Source: the human T2T-CHM13v2.0 reference genome, Homo sapiens
Length of the DNA: 64,000 bases
Direction: 5' to 3' (one strand)
Assembly (NCBI RefSeq): GCF_009914755.1
Contig: NC_060925.1
Part shown: positions 27,264 to 43,197 of the stretch, piece after piece
How the letters are laid out: every line of letters starts with the position of its first letter
Numbering within the stretch: position 1 is the stretch's first letter
Notes under the pieces: generated by a model
Told to the model about the DNA's origin: nothing
Database searches by the model: none
The model's input: only the letters and a program-made list of their open reading frames with translations
Translations under genes and position numbers: made by a program

Positions 27264-30014
27264 GTAAGTGACTGTGTATTTTCTGAATTTTGAACTGTGA
27301 TTTTTTTCACTAGTAAGAGAAATAACTACTTTTATTTTGTCTGTGTTTTGGCACTTTGAGTTAATTTATCTACACATTTTTCCTAAAGGCCAAAAAGTAT
27401 GGTATACTGTAAAAGATTCATATTACATGAGAATGTATTCTGTTTTATAAAACTGTAATTACAGGTAAAGGTGGAAAGAGTTCACTTAAGTTTCTTCTCA
27501 TGGCTGAAGATACATGCCAGAAAAGTATTGCACTAAAACATATGAAATTGTCCTTCTTATAGCTAAAAACAATAGTGTCACAAGGTTCAACCTAATAGGA
27601 TGCTTAATTCTTCAAGTTAATTTATGGATTGTAGTGTATCTTTCAGTTTTTACATCAAGAATATGCCAGAAATTTTTAGGAAAAAAGATTAAAATTTTTC
27701 AAGAGATCGTAAAGTGGTTTAGGTAGAAGTTATATATTCTTGCAAATTGTTCATTTTTACTAGTCTATTTAAAATTTGGCTTACATAAAAATATAGGATA
27801 TATTTTAAAGTAAAAACTAATCCTTAAAATTTTATGCAATGTTTACCATAATAAAATGCTTTGTTTCACCCAGCTTTGCCTTATTCATGTGTAACAATAG
27901 AATTTTATGTTTTACAGTTAATTATTTTTGAAAGTCAAAATGGGTTTTTTACTCAATTAAGTCAGTATAACTTGTATATGTTATGATGAAAATATTTAAA
28001 GTACTATGTTGCTATTATCACCCTTCTGCAGTATTATAGAAAAATATTGAGTACAGTGAATAATTTTTTAAACATTTCAGTAGGACTTAGATTCATCTGC
28101 TGAACCAAAATGTAACCTTATTTTTTACTTATTAAATCCTTTTCCTAAGCAAACTGGATTGACTAATATTTCAACAACATACCTTCAAGTGCATTTTATG
28201 TATGATATTGTGTATTAAAATTGTCATTGCAATATAATGCCACAATTATGAAAATAACTTTCAATAATGATATGGATTTAATTTGAATATATACATAAAG
28301 ATAAAACACCTCCTTAATCCTCCATAAGAGAAGACAAGGAGAGAGCATAGAAATGAGGAAATGTCTGCATATTTCACCATCCTGCACTTTTGAATTATGC
28401 CTTTCTCTAAGCTAAAGCATTGGGTATGGGCCTAACCCAAGGAACCCCTCCCAGGTTGGGGGCATAAACAGGTTGAAATATGGTTGAGGGTGTTAATCAT
28501 TCAAGTGGAAATTTCCTGCAAATGCAGCTAGTGCCACTGAGTCCATCCCTGATGCTTTTGTCTGCCACATTTAAAGTAAGTGGAAACATGGCTAACTGGA
28601 AGCTAAACCAAGATAGAAAAGCAGTTGTCCCCTTCACCTAAATATATACATTTAGGTCAAGGAAAAAATATTGAGTATGCAGAGGAGAATCATTTTCCCT
28701 CTGTTCTCAAATAATGGCTTTCATTTGAAGTAAAAAATAAACCTGACATAGGTTGTTAGGTTTTCAAATATATATCTTTAAATATGAATTTTAAATATAA
28801 ATTAAAACCTGATATAGATTGATAATATGGACTTTATATGAAATAGCTGTGTGAATAAATCAGAGTAATGAGAAACAATAATAACAACAATAATTGGTGC
28901 TGGGGTATTGTGCAGGCTTTGAGATTGTGGCCCAGTATTAAACAGAATTAAATTAAGTAGAATAATATGCATAAACCAATTTGGACATAGAAAAATGTTG
29001 TAAAGATATATTAGAACTGATGTTGGGTCTCTTTGATAGACTCATACACATATAACTTATATAGCTGTTACAGCTTTTACACTTTAAGAAACATTTTCAA
29101 AGTTACTTGCAATCTAGTGTGTTCATTTTATAACTCACAGGCCAAAATCTAAAGAACCAAATTCAGGCATAAAATATAGATAACTTTAGTTTTGGGTCTA
29201 TAGAATGAGAATTGCAGAAAGAAATTCTTCTTTGAATAAAAATAAACTTTGTTTTCACTATGTATTATACCTTTTGATCACCAGTCTATACCTCATGTAA
29301 CTTAAAGCTACACGAGAGCATTATAGTATCCTTTATTTTGCACTCCCAATAAAAATAAAGGTGAAAACATAGTTTTAGGAAAAACAATTTTAGTTTAACA
29401 ATAACTATTCTGAGAAGAGATAACTCATGATTTCCTTAGGGATACAAACAAGATGTTGCATTGTTAGTTATTTTCTCTTCTTTTCATCTTTTAAGTTTAT
29501 ATGCTTAGCAATCTGTGCAAAATGTGATTGTGTGCAAGAATCATAATATAACATACATGAAGATGTACATCCTTTAAGCAAACTGATGGAGACTCTTAGA
29601 TGTATGCAAATTCTAGGATAATTTTTTTCAGTTACAAAAACAAATTAGTATTATAAGTTTCCTTATAATGTTTATGATCATTCCTCTACATACATCAAGG
29701 AGTAATAAAACTAAGTCCTTTGGATACACATTTGCCTAAAACTCATTGAAATAGTCAAGTCTTGATTATTTGTAATAATAGAATACAGTGAACTTCTGTA
29801 AATAACTAGATTGCCAAAAGGAAAAAATGTTAGATTATGTGATACAGTTTTTCCTTACACAAGAATTATCTTCCTAATTGTGTTTTTTGAGGGATAGTCA
29901 GAAAATGTGTAGATGGTAGAGAGAATTCAAATGAATGTTAGATGTCAAGGGAAAACCAAGCCTTTGTTTGCTTATTTGTTTGCTTATTTATTCCTTACTT
30001 CATTTGTTTGTGTA

Positions 30015-30466
30015 AGAGTATCTCAGGGTTAGGAATTAAAGAGAAGCTAGATTCTCGGTGATGCTGTCTCAGCGTGTCTCATGAGGCTTGAATGGGCTAG
30101 GGTTTGCCTCAAATCTCACTCAAATGGTGGTTGGCAAATGGGTTTCTCACTGGTGATAGACTGGAAGCTTTCCATTCTTTTCCTATAGAAGCTCAAGTGT
30201 GCTTCTCTATAGGGCTACTCTCAATGTGGCTGCTCGCTTCCTTCTGAGCAAGTGATTTGAGAGAGAGAGTGTGCATCTAAGACAGAAGCCTTGGTCTTCT
30301 TATAATCTAAACTCAGAAGTGATATACTATGATGTCTACCATATGCTATTGATCACAGAGACCAAATCTGGACCATTTCTTCCAAAGTATGGAAGAAAAC
30401 AACGTTAAGACTATAAATACCAGGAGACAGGGATTAATGGAGTCCATTGTAGAGGTTCCTACCACA
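30015..30466 (-). mobile_element. MaLR LTR (MLT1F-like)
   Basis: ctcagaagtgatatac...tattgatcacagagaccaa...aataccaggag..agggat...taccaca end motif. Confidence 0.7.
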
Positions 30467-31896
30467 GGTCTGGTTCTCAGCATTGCTGGTCTAGAAATTC
30501 AATGCTGACATATACCAAATGCATCAGATGCAGAAGGCCGATGCACACAATATAAAATAGTCTCCCTTCTTCTTTATACCATTTCATTATTGTGTTTGAT
30601 TTTCATCATAGCACTTACCGCTCTCTATATGATTTTGACTCTTTGTTTACTTGGAGATTATCTCCTCAAGACAGTATGAGTGCCATTAATGAAAGATTAT
30701 TTCCAATTGGTCACTGCGGACTCTCCAGTGCCTTAAACATGGTAGACATTCCAAACCAGAATGCTGAGCTATGGATTCACAATGACAAGTATCTGTCATG
30801 TGACCTTGACATTTTGCATCACTTGATTATTTTTCTCCACAGAAAATTATATGGGAAGCCAAACATTATAATCAGATTAGTCTTGGAGAGCAGCATGAAG
30901 TCAGACAAGGACAAATGATTGAGCTTTCTCAATAGCTGATAGCCCAGACTTGGATTTTATAAACCTACACACATTTTCTCTCTCTCTAGATGGTTTCAAG
31001 TTAGGCATAATAGTTAAGACATGACAGGGAGAAAAATAACTTCATATAATTAATATTTATAACAACTAAATAAAATACAAAAATAGTATAACTGCTTTTT
31101 ATTAAAATGTGTCACATTTCATCAAGAAACAAAATATATGTCAAGATAAAAATGAAGGGATAAAAACAATTTTTTAAATGAAATTTAGAAATTTTTTCCA
31201 CAGAAGTAACATAACATCATATAAATGGTTGGTAATAATGGTGGGTTTTAACTTTAAATAAAACTGTTCCATGTGTGTGAGAAGAATTTTTCTAATACCG
31301 TCAAGTTAAAATAAGGCCTCATTCATTAATAATTTATCAAGGCCAAGACTAACTTTGTTTCAACTAGAGTTAAAATATATTATGTAAATGCATGTGTTAA
31401 TTACGAAACTATGAAGTAATATGAAGAAAAAGAAACATAAATTAAGGTAACATGAATATTCATGTCTCCTGATGCACAAGGCATGAAACATGATACCTCA
31501 CTTTGCTGTCATATACACTGACTAAGAGAGGAATGTTTCAAATATATTCCAACAGAATTACTGGGGTAATATCAGTAAATACAGTAAAACCTGATGAACA
31601 TATTCAAAATTGGGAAAGTGGATGGATTTGGTAGATGAAGAATGCTAAGAGTTGTTGGAAGAAGTTCTAAGTGGAAAGATAAATCTGAAGTAATGACAGT
31701 ATCTTTTGGGTCAGTGACCCTTCTGAGAATCTGAAAAGAGCTATGGAATATAGAAAAGTATTAATTCTAAAACGCAAGTTGTATCTATTTTCAGTATATG
31801 AATAACCTATTGTGAATATACATGTTCTTATTTTCACCTAGAAGTAGACTATTTTGCCTTTTATGTAAAATAAGCCACATCAAAATACCTAGTATT

Positions 31897-32204
31897 GGCC
31901 AGGAGCAGTGGCTCACATCTGTAATCCCAGCACTTTGGGAGACCAAGGCAGGCCAATCACTTGAGGTCAGGAGTTTGAGACCAGCCTGGCAAACATGGTG
32001 AAATCCCGTCTCTACTGAAAATACAAAAAGTAGCTAGGCATGGTGGCATACACCTGTAACCCCAGCTACTCAGGAGGCTGAGGCAACTGAATCGCTTGAA
32101 CCTGGGAGGCAGAGGTTGCAGAGATCATGCCACTGAACTCCAGCCTGAGCAACAGAGTGAGACTCCATCTCAAAACAAAGCAAAAAACAACAACAAAAAA
32201 AAAA
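31897..32204 (+). mobile_element. AluS
   Basis: Full dimer with small deletion (ttgca|gagatc); flanking repeat acctagtat on both sides. Confidence 0.95.
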
Positions 32205-32699
32205 CCTAGTATAGAGCATCAAAAAGAGGGACCTCCCGATTTTAGGAATCAAATTTGTCAAATGGATAATTTTAGTCATATAACCATTTCTAGTATGTTC
32301 ATTGAAGAAGATTTTTTTAAGAAGAGAATATTTTATTGAGTAAATTTTATTTCGGGTTGTTAATAGGATTAGATTTCATTATCATCTGTGAAGTTTTTTA
32401 ATTTCCCATAGTAGAAATTATTAAGGAATTATTTGAGAGAAAAATTTTCCGAAGTACAAGCATAAATGATACTTTTAAACTACTAAACTATATATGCTAG
32501 ATATCTCGTAAATGGTGTATCTATTATTTATATGATTTTATCCCTTGGGCATCATTGCTTTTATTAAGTGATTTTGCCCCTGAAAACAAAGGTTCAGAAA
32601 CTCTGTAGTACCACCTTTGTGAATACCCAAGGACATGTACACAACATAAATATACTCACAGAAGATGCCAATACATTAAAACTTAACTGGACATACTCT

Positions 32700-33125
32700 T
32701 CCAAAAAGATTCACTTTAAATTATATATGTAAATTAAAGCCAGAGCTACACCGACAGCTGCACACTGTTAAGGAAAGATATTAGATCATGAAAGTCAAAA
32801 AAGACTAAGGGACTATTACAGATTCAAGAAGACTAAAGAGACTAAAATAAATATCATTCTGAACCGGTTCTTTTGCTATAGAGGACATTTTTGAGACAAC
32901 TGACAAAATTTGGGTTTGAAGATTAGATGGTAGTAATATATCACTATTAATTTCCTGATTTGGTTGGTTGTATTTTGATCGTGTAGAATGTTTGTGTGTA
33001 GGAAATACCGAAGTATTTGGGAGGATGGGACACCAGATTAGCGGTTTACTCTCAAGTAATTCAGAAAAACATGATTTTTAGTTTTTAAACATTTTTGTAA
33101 TTTTATAACTGTTTCAACAAAAAAG
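32700..33125 (+). mobile_element. L1MC-like 3' fragment
   Basis: aaagactaagggactattacagattcaagaagactaaagagac...gaggacatttttgagacaactg. Confidence 0.6.
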
Positions 33126-33154
33126 TCACTTTATTTTTTATTGTGTTCTTCAAT

Positions 33155-33790
33155 TTCCTTTTTAATTTTTTTTATCGTGGTAAGACTACTTAACATGAGA
33201 TCTACCCTCTTAACAAACTTTTAAGCATACAGTACAGTATTGTTAGCCATAGGCACAATGTTGGACAGCAGATGTCTGCAACTTGTTCATCTTGTATAAC
33301 TGAAACTTTATACCAATTGAACAACTCCCCATTCCCTCCTCCCCTCAGCCCCTGGCAGCCATCATTTGATGCTGTTTCTGTGAGTCTGACCATTTTAGAT
33401 ACCTTGTGTAAGTGGAACGTGCAGTATTTGTCCTTCTGTGATTAGCCTATGCCACTTAGCAGATTCACCCATGTTCTCACATATGGCAGGATTTCCTTCT
33501 TTTTTAACGTGGAATAATATTCCGCTATATACATACATACCACATTGTCTTTATTCATTCATCTGTTGTTGGACATTTAAGTTGATTCCATATCTTGGCT
33601 ACTGTGAATAATGATGCAATGAACACGGGAGTGCAGACATCTCTTCAAGATCCCGGGGTGAGTTCCTTTGGATATATATTTAGAAGTGGGATTGCTGGAT
33701 CATATGGTAGTTCTATTTTAAATTTTTTTAGGAAACCATTCACTATATTTTACCATACTGTTTTCCATAGGAGCTGTACCATTTTCCAGT
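33155..33790 (-). mobile_element. L1MA/L1MB 3' fragment
   Basis: taacatgagatctaccctcttaacaaac...gaagtgggattgctggatcatatggtagttctatt. Confidence 0.85.
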
Positions 33791-33958
33791 ATAACAAAGG
33801 GAACATAAACATGTGTTTTAGAAATATATTTTCAAAGATAAGTTCCTTAAAAATAAAGATAAAAACACTTTCAACACAGATAAAATTATTAACTGTATGA
33901 AATATTTGTCAATATATAGGTTAAGAGAAGAATTTGCACTTCCATACTAAAATGCTAA

Positions 33959-34274
<316 letters not shown>

Positions 34275-36329
34275 TTAGAAGTAAACGTTCTATCCGTATG
34301 TGACTAATATATGCACTGTGGTTTTTTTCCTAACCTGAATGGCAATAAATGCTACATATTTATAATTATCACTCAAATTTCTAAACTATTCATTTCCAAA
34401 TACTATGTTTTATTTTTCATATAAGTTCATTTATTCTTTTTTAATAAGATTACTCCATAGACAGACTTATCTAAAATATAATAGATTTGTTATGTTTTCT
34501 TTTTTTAAAATCCTTCCTTCCTTTGTTATCTAGTTTACTACCAGTTATTATCAAAATAATGAAGAAAGCTCATAGATTAATATGTATTCTTAACTGGACA
34601 GGTGTGACTAAGTCATGTTTCCATTCTCATTTCAGTGTTCTATTAATGAATTTATCTCACTTGGCATTATGCTACCCTACTAGCTATTTTAATGAAATAC
34701 ATCAATAGGTTCCTTAGTGCCATTGTAATGAAAATTCCATTGTCAAGGACAGCTTACAGAATGGCTTTTTGATGTTTCTATTAACTCTGTATTTGTAATT
34801 CTGTTTTGTAACTGTAATACATAATTGGATACTGTGTGATTGTGTAATCATATTACCTTACGCTTTTACCAATTTATATCAATTTACAAGGTACAGTGTT
34901 TTTGCTGAACCCATGGTACCATCCTCTTCAGGATTATCTTTATCAAAACCCTCAGTTTGACAAGCTAACTAACCAAGGGAAACCACATTAGTGCCCTCTG
35001 CTTTTAGAGAATTATACATAGAAACAGATATTTTCTTTACTTCTTCTCACTTGGTGTTATATTTTCAATTCAAATGAAATAAGTGGATAGTTATGACATT
35101 CTATATTTAAAAGTATTCTATAAATTATAATGCATTATAACAAAGTGATTATTAGAGTCACTTCTAAAATATCAAACATATGCTTTCCATAGACTCACAA
35201 AGAAAACACTGAGTTCTGCCTTGTGAACGAATTGTATTTATTTTTAAACTTATACTCTCAACACAAAATTAAGAATGATAATATTATGGTTAGCTAAGGC
35301 TGTGGCGACAATGGGAAGAGCTTGGAAGAGGTCACAAAAACCAAGTAACACCATTGTATTCAAATTGCTCTTTTCAGACTACTTCAAACAATAGCTACTC
35401 TGATCCCTGATGATTAGTTTACCAAAAGATAAAAACTGCCTGCAGTAACAGTGAGGCTGAAAGCACTCAGCTTCAGTTTTATAAGATCTCGGAGGCTTAG
35501 TCTCTAGTGGAACAATTAGCTCACACTCTTACTTCTGTTTCGCTGAGAAGAGCTGTAAAGTACTTGAGTGGGAATGTACTTTGCAGTCAAAAGGCCCTTG
35601 TTGCTTGTTTATGGGTTATTTACCTTCTTTGAATCTCAATGTCCTTATTTGTAAAGAGTGCTGGATATCATTACCTCTTTTAAGCTGGGAAATATATTTT
35701 GGGTAAGAGTTGATGAAAATAAGGCTTATTATCATTTAGACCCAGGAAAAATTTTAAATAAATTTAGTATACACTGGCACTTAGAAAATCTGGGTGTGTG
35801 CAAGAAAAGATTGACATGAGTTCTAGATATTTTTCATTTTATCTCATAAAAATATCTTTATCATAAATGAAATAATGTTATTTTTAGTTTTTTATAATAA
35901 ATTCTTAAAAATAATGTGTGATGCTAACGTGCCTTTCTTACTTCACCAGCAGTACTCTAGTGAAAACTTACACAACTAATTTTCTGTCATTCTCAATAAA
36001 AAATATAGAAAATGTTTAACTAAATGATCTAGTTATTAATTCTTAATGACTTTTTGCTTTTAAAATTGGTAGCTTCTTTAGGCAAATATTGAATTTAGCA
36101 ACTAAAACACGTGATAGAAATTAACACTCCACAAGGATTAGGAAAGGCATACATCCATTGTTTGTATCTTCATGTATCTTATAAATTCATTATTGTGGAT
36201 TTTTGTTATATCCTTTATGGTTTCTAAATAAATGTAGTATTTTTCCTAAATGAATGTTCTGAAACATTATACTAATACTGACTTTTGTCTCAGTGTCTCA
36301 GGCCAGAAAATACACAAACAACCTAGTTA

Positions 36330-37070
36330 ACAGATATATTCCTGTGGTCTCAGGTATTACCTCTGTGCTGATGAGCAGCAAACATTTATTTCTAACCTGA
36401 ACTTTTTACCTGAATTCCAGTTCCATATTCCAGTAGCCAATATCAAATGGAATATTCACCACATGTTAACATGGAAATCATCCTCCTTGCTCTTTTCCAC
36501 CCACCACCGCATAACAAAACCAAACTTGGTTAAACCAAATCAAACAGAAATCCTGTTTCTTATTATACACTGCCTAATGACAGCACTACCCACAGAATCA
36601 CAGAAAGTAGAACTATCCATCTCATTTTCCTCTCCTACTAGCCCCAAATCACTAGCCATCAACTTATGTCACATCTGAGCATCCTTCCCCTCCCACATTG
36701 TTGCCCTACTTGAGTTTCTTAATAACGCTTGCCTGTGCCTTCAACAATTCCTCCCCCTTCTCATCTCTACCATTGGAATACATCTTCCTTATTGTTGTCA
36801 GAGCTTTCTTATTAAAACATACCAAGGCACATGTCAATTTGAAAGTGCAGAATGACTGCTCACAGCTTTCAGAAGACAAAATGTCAAGAATTGTCATAGC
36901 TTGAAGTCAACATTTCTGGCTTCGTTGCCTCCCAACACTTTCACAATCTCACGAGGTTTCTGCTACATCCAATATACAATGCACCTTTATATCTCGAAGC
37001 ATCTTTCTTGAGACATTCCCTTTTTCTGTCTGAAAAACTCCAAATTATCCCTTAACTTTCCCACCACTTT
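36330..37070 (+). mobile_element. L2 fragments
   Basis: ctctgtgctgatga...atttatttctaacctgaactt...cctgaattccag. Confidence 0.55.
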
Positions 37071-38809
37071 CACCATGAAATTAGCCATAGATTTTGCATT
37101 CTGAGTGGTAGCTTAGAAATTCTTCTTGAGTTTTTGCAAGGCAAAGTTTCCATGGGAATTTGGATCTAATTATAGTTTTACTCAGAAATATAATAAGCTT
37201 AATTCTGTGAGGGTTTTTTTGTTATCTTGAATATATTAGCTGAAGCTGTAACTCCATGGTTCAACTGTCAAGTAAGCAACTGCTGAGCAGTGTGCTTTCC
37301 CTACCCAACTGCAGATTTTGGAATGGCACAGTCTCCGCAGCAGTGGACACATAACAGGTATTGAGGGACTGATTTTCACCAGGCTCTCTTCTATGATATT
37401 TTGGTAGGTGCACAAAAAAATTAAAAACAACCCTGAATTTCATCAGATATATTTTATTATAGCATCTTGAAAGATTTCCCTACCACCTATGCTTTGATTT
37501 TTACTTTTATAAAAGACCCTTCATGCATAAACAACAAACTACCCCATTATTGATAGTTGGTTCAATAAGACACACCAAATCCGCTGAAATGTATCTAACT
37601 CTCCATAGATTTTCTGCTTTCTTCAGGTCTCCTCTCTCCTCTCTACTCAAGTCAGGGTTATTTCAGGTCTTTCAATATGCAAAATACATCTTTAAAAAGC
37701 TCGCTTTTCTGTCGAACAGATGCAAGGGGGAATATTTCTAAATTGCTATAGTTTGCCACAGTTTCTGTGACATTTAAGATAAGTGGCTGAGCAATATTAA
37801 AAATAAAAATTCACATAAGAAATTAACTTCATGATATTAATTTCTTTAGATGTATATTTTATATTTTCTTTTGGCAATATGAGGTTATAGTTTGTCCTTT
37901 CATGGATTTTAAAAAAAATCATTTTCTTACCAAACTAATTTTTCCATTGTGTTTAGTTTTATATTGTTTATATTGCATATACCCCAAACCTTTACCTAAC
38001 TACTTTGCATTTCTATTCCTTTTGCTTTAAATTTAGCCTTTTCCCATAACTTTAATAGGACTCCTGTTCACATTTACTACTTAACAGCAATCTTTTCTAG
38101 TTATAAAATAAATGCACTATAATTTTATGAGCAAGATTAGAAATAAAATTAGATTACAAAGCTATGAATCTTATCAAGCATTAGCTGTTTACATTTATGT
38201 TCATTCTAAAATGATGAGATAGAATATCTTACACTATAGGAATTGGTTAAAAAGTAGGAGCATTATTTAGGAAATGTTCAGTGGCACTGTAGATAAATGA
38301 ATTATTTTGTATTTTAATTATAGTAAAAAGTCATTAAGGCTATCTATTGGCTCTGGATTATACTGAAATACATCTAAAAAAAGCAAAAACTTCATTTTGC
38401 TTAAATGTTTCACTGAATTTTCAGAAGAAAATGGAACAGCATTTCTTATACTAAATATAACTTAAAGAGCATCTTTTAAATTATTACTTCCATCTATATG
38501 GATATACATTGTAAAATATAAAACACATTTTAAAATATATGTATTTTAATATATATACTTTAGTTTTATAAAAGGAAGATCTAATACCTAAAAGCTTTAC
38601 TTTAGAGAGAATATAAAATGAAAAATCTTTGGCTTCCTTTTGTTCATACAATAACATCTAAACCCCAAAACATGGCATTCCAGGCTCTTCACAATCTGAC
38701 CCCAACTTTTCCTCCTACCACTGCCTACTTAATTCCCTAAATATGACTCCCAAGTTTGTGCCTCTGAAGACATACTGATAAGTTCTCACTTTATATAGTG
38801 AACAAGTCA

Positions 38810-40900
38810 GTTAAAAATAACTTTAATTGATCATGTACCTAATAGGTGTCAGACACTATTCTCAGTGCCAAGGAATCTAACAATTTTCCACTGTTCAATG
38901 AATTTCAAGTGTGGTGGAAGGAGACAGATAATAAAATATAAACAAATAAATGAGTAAGATTGGTAACTGCTATGAAGAACACAGGATGATGTTATAGAGA
39001 GAGGTGGGTTTTTGAGGGTTCATGGGGATGTTGGGTGATTTGGGGTGGGGGTTGGTTTTTTTGTCGTTGTTTTTTCTAGGCTGGTCCAGAAAGACCTTTA
39101 TGAACAGGTCCGGTTTGCATGTAGATTTGAATGGTAGGAATGATGAAGTTGTAAAGAAAGAGAAAAAGCAAAAATAACAACCAAAGAAAAAAAGAAGAAA
39201 ATCAGGTGTACAAAACTTGTGATGGCAGCAAGCTTGAGATGTCTAAGAAGCACAAGGCCAGAGTAGTTGAACATGCCCAGTGCAAGGTGAAGGAATGTGA
39301 AAGGACAGTGGGGTAAATTTATGAACTGCCTTGTGAGCCATGTTGGGAAATTAGGATTGTATTCTGATCATAATGTGAAGCCATGGAGACTTCGAGCAAA
39401 GGAAACATGTGATTTGATCTTAGCTTTACAATGAACAGTCTGACTTCTCTAGAGAGAAGGGATTTTAGGGAGACAACACTGAAAAACGGACACCAATCAG
39501 GAGATGATTGCAATAGTGAAGATGAGTAATGTTGATGACTTTGTCTGAGATTGCAGTTATGGAGACAATGAGTGGGAAGATTTGTGACCCATTTTGGAGG
39601 TAGGTCCTTGCTGATGGACAGAATGCGTGGTGAAAAGAAAAAGTAGGAACCAAGGCACATTTCCAAATTTTGGGTTTAACTAATTGGATATGGTGACACA
39701 ATTTCCTATATAGAGAAACTTTGAAGAGTAGTAGATGAGGGGAATTGGGAATTTGATATTGGCAATGGAAAGTTTGAGATGTCTATTAAACAATCAGCTG
39801 TTGGTGGCTAGATACATAAATCATCTGCTCAGGGAGATAGATAAATTTAAGAGTCATCAGTGTATAGATTATATTTAAAATTATGAAACTCTTTGAAGTT
39901 ATTGAGGGAGAGAACACAAATAGAGAAGAGATGAGGAGCCAGATTTGAGCTTGAAACATTTATAGTTTGAGCATGGAAAAGGAGCCTATAAAAGATTATG
40001 AGAGTGAGCAGCCAGAGAGTTAAGAAGAAAACCAACTGCAGGTAGTGCCACTGAAGCCTAGAAAAAAATGTGAGAGGGAGGAGTCAATTGTACCAAATGT
40101 TACTGAGAAGTCAATTAAGAAGGAAAAAGAAAACTAAGCATTGGCATTAGCAAGATACAGGTCATTGAGAGGAGTTTGATAAGAGCTATTTTAGTAGCAC
40201 ATTATGTGCAGCCTTATTAGAGTAGTTGAGGAGAAAATAGGGATTAGCAAAAAGAGACAACAAGCACAATTTCTTCCATTTTAACTGCAAGATGCAGCAG
40301 TGCAGATGTCAGTAACTGGACAGGCACATTGCATCATGAAAAGGACTTTTTAAAGATAGATCTTAGTGGAGCATACTAGCAGGCTGATGAAAATGACCCA
40401 GTAGAAAGAAAGGAATTAATGATGCAGAAGAGAAGGGAAATAATTACCAGAAGAAATGCTTGAAGAGGTGAGGGAATGGGATGTAGAGCACAAATGGAGA
40501 AGATGTCCGTAGAAGCAGGGACTCTTCTAACATGGAAACACTGGTGGCCCGGGAGTGGAAAGATAAAAACGTTCTCAACTAATTTCTTTGATGTTCTCTA
40601 TAAAGCATGGAGAGTCATAACCTGAGCACAAGTAGAAAATATTAGAGGTTTAAGGAGACAAGAAAAAGCATGAAAGAACTCTGAGAGTGGGAAAGTTAAT
40701 GGACAAGGGTGGTGTCCTAGAATCTTCTGGCGGTGTTGACCACCTATTTGTGATTTCAGGTTATATATTTGAAGAAAATCCAGTCAGAAAAGTTAGGCAA
40801 TCTTCTTCAGAAAGTCAGATACTTTGCAAGCATAGAAGGAGAAAGCCAGACAGCTGGAGTTTACCAAATTAGCCAGATGGAGGAGGAGGGGACAAGGAAA
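38810..40900 (-). mobile_element. Long L2 remnant, about 2 kb
   Basis: Antisense L2 3' end (tgtcagacactattctcagtgc...gagacagataataaa) followed by purine-rich body (gaaagtttgagatgtctatt...agagtcatcagtgtataga). Confidence 0.75.
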
Positions 40901-42197
40901 CATAGGTTGTTTATGGGATAGTGACTGGGATCTAGAACTACAAAATTTAAGATGGGAGGTAAATGTGAAGATATGAAAAGGTCAGGAAGAAATGTTTTAT
41001 TTGTCTTTCTCTCCTTTTTGATATACCGTAAGTCTTTAAAGTGCAATCCAAATGCTACTCTCTCTACAAAGTGTCTCATGACACCTCAGGCAAACAATTA
41101 TTCTTTTCTCTTTGTTACATTGCCTTTTGCACATTTCTCGATGGGAGCATTTTTCACATTATGTTGAATTTGTTGTCTACGTGTATATCCCCAAGAAGAC
41201 TGTAACTTGTAAAGGGAAAAACTACATATATCTTATTCATTCGTCTTTATTTTGGCAACAATGTGGGGCATACAGAAGGCTTGCAAAGAACGTTTACAAT
41301 GTAGTATGGAAGGAAGTGCTTTAGTGCCTAGACTCATGCCAAGCACTTGATGGAATCCTGTGAGTACTTGACTGATTGGCAGGAACAGAAATGAATAGGA
41401 AGTTAAGCTCTGTGATATTTTCTTATACAACATCTGGCTCTTGATTATTGGAAACTTAATGACTCAAGTACAATGTTCATTGTTTATCTTTCTTCTCATT
41501 TCACTTGCATACCTATAGCCATTACATCCATCACTATCCTTGGCAAGAGTTCACTGCAGATGTCAAATTGTTTTAGTATCTTTTGCTTTTTTAAAAATGT
41601 TGGCAATGTAATAACATGGCTTAAACTGACACTTTTCGGTTATATGTGGACTTTATTTGCTTTCTTAAGTTAGTTAATTGAACATATTATCAATTTTAAT
41701 TGAAAAAATAAATATCAACTTTGGGTATATTCTTAGGTGATGTTTCCTTATAGGAAAATTTGTTACAGTACATTTTAGATGGAATGAATTTCCATAACAT
41801 TATGTAAAATGAAAATGTGTTCTAAAGAAAGAAATGATGAAGAAGTTACAGTGTATTGTAAGGCAATATGGCCTTTTCTAGATTGCCAAATATTGTTGCC
41901 TGGTGAGCAAACTGTGTAAAACACTTTGTATCAGAATGTCCATAATGCAACTATAATTGCTATAGGTAGCTTTTACCAAAGCTTCTGTAGCATACTAAAT
42001 GCATCATGCCTGAAAATTTTACAAAATCTTTAAGTCATCCCTGATGCCCAAATGCAGCTACTGTAGATCCTCCTTATAAAGCTGATATTGTGAGAAAAAA
42101 ACTAATAAATTATAAATACTATGTTCGAATGATTGATTTATGATTTATCTAAAATTATAAAATAAGCCATATTTTACTGGAATTCTGTTCTACTTGA

Positions 42198-42557
<360 letters not shown>

Positions 42558-43197
42558 CATTTGTTCCTCTTAAATAATTTTAAATCATTTCTGATAGAAA
42601 ATGTTGCATTTGAAATGTTTTAGACTGTTGCAGAAAGAAACGTGAAAGAGTCTAATCCAAGATGAAGGCAGAGCTAAACTCAGCAAATGGTAGGAGAAAA
42701 TGGATGAGAAATATGAACTCAGCTGATTTAGGGAAGCAGACAGCTTTTTCCTTTTATAATAACAATGAGAAATCTGAAATCCTTGCTTCGGTTGTAATTC
42801 AGTCACTTATATAAATATTTTCCAGTGTTTATATTAAGTATAATGATTAGCATTCAATATTGGTTCATAAGTAAAATTTACTACCTTGTAAAGCCTGGCA
42901 GATATTTCACTGATAAAGTTTTGAATAGATGATACAGAGTCTCATTAAATTATGATTATGTTTGTTAGTCCCAGTTTATCCACAGAATAAGCATTAAATA
43001 AGTAAATCAGCATAGTTCCAACTGTGGCCTGTTTTTTAGTTGAGATCCTTGGATATATTTGAAACAAGGATAATTAACTTCTCTAAAATTTCTTTTCTTG
43101 TTTTCCATCATATTTTTCCATCTGTAGTTTTAAATAGAAATGCACACTGATTCTTCACCCTTGTATTACTAAACAAATAAGATGAAACAGGAACATG

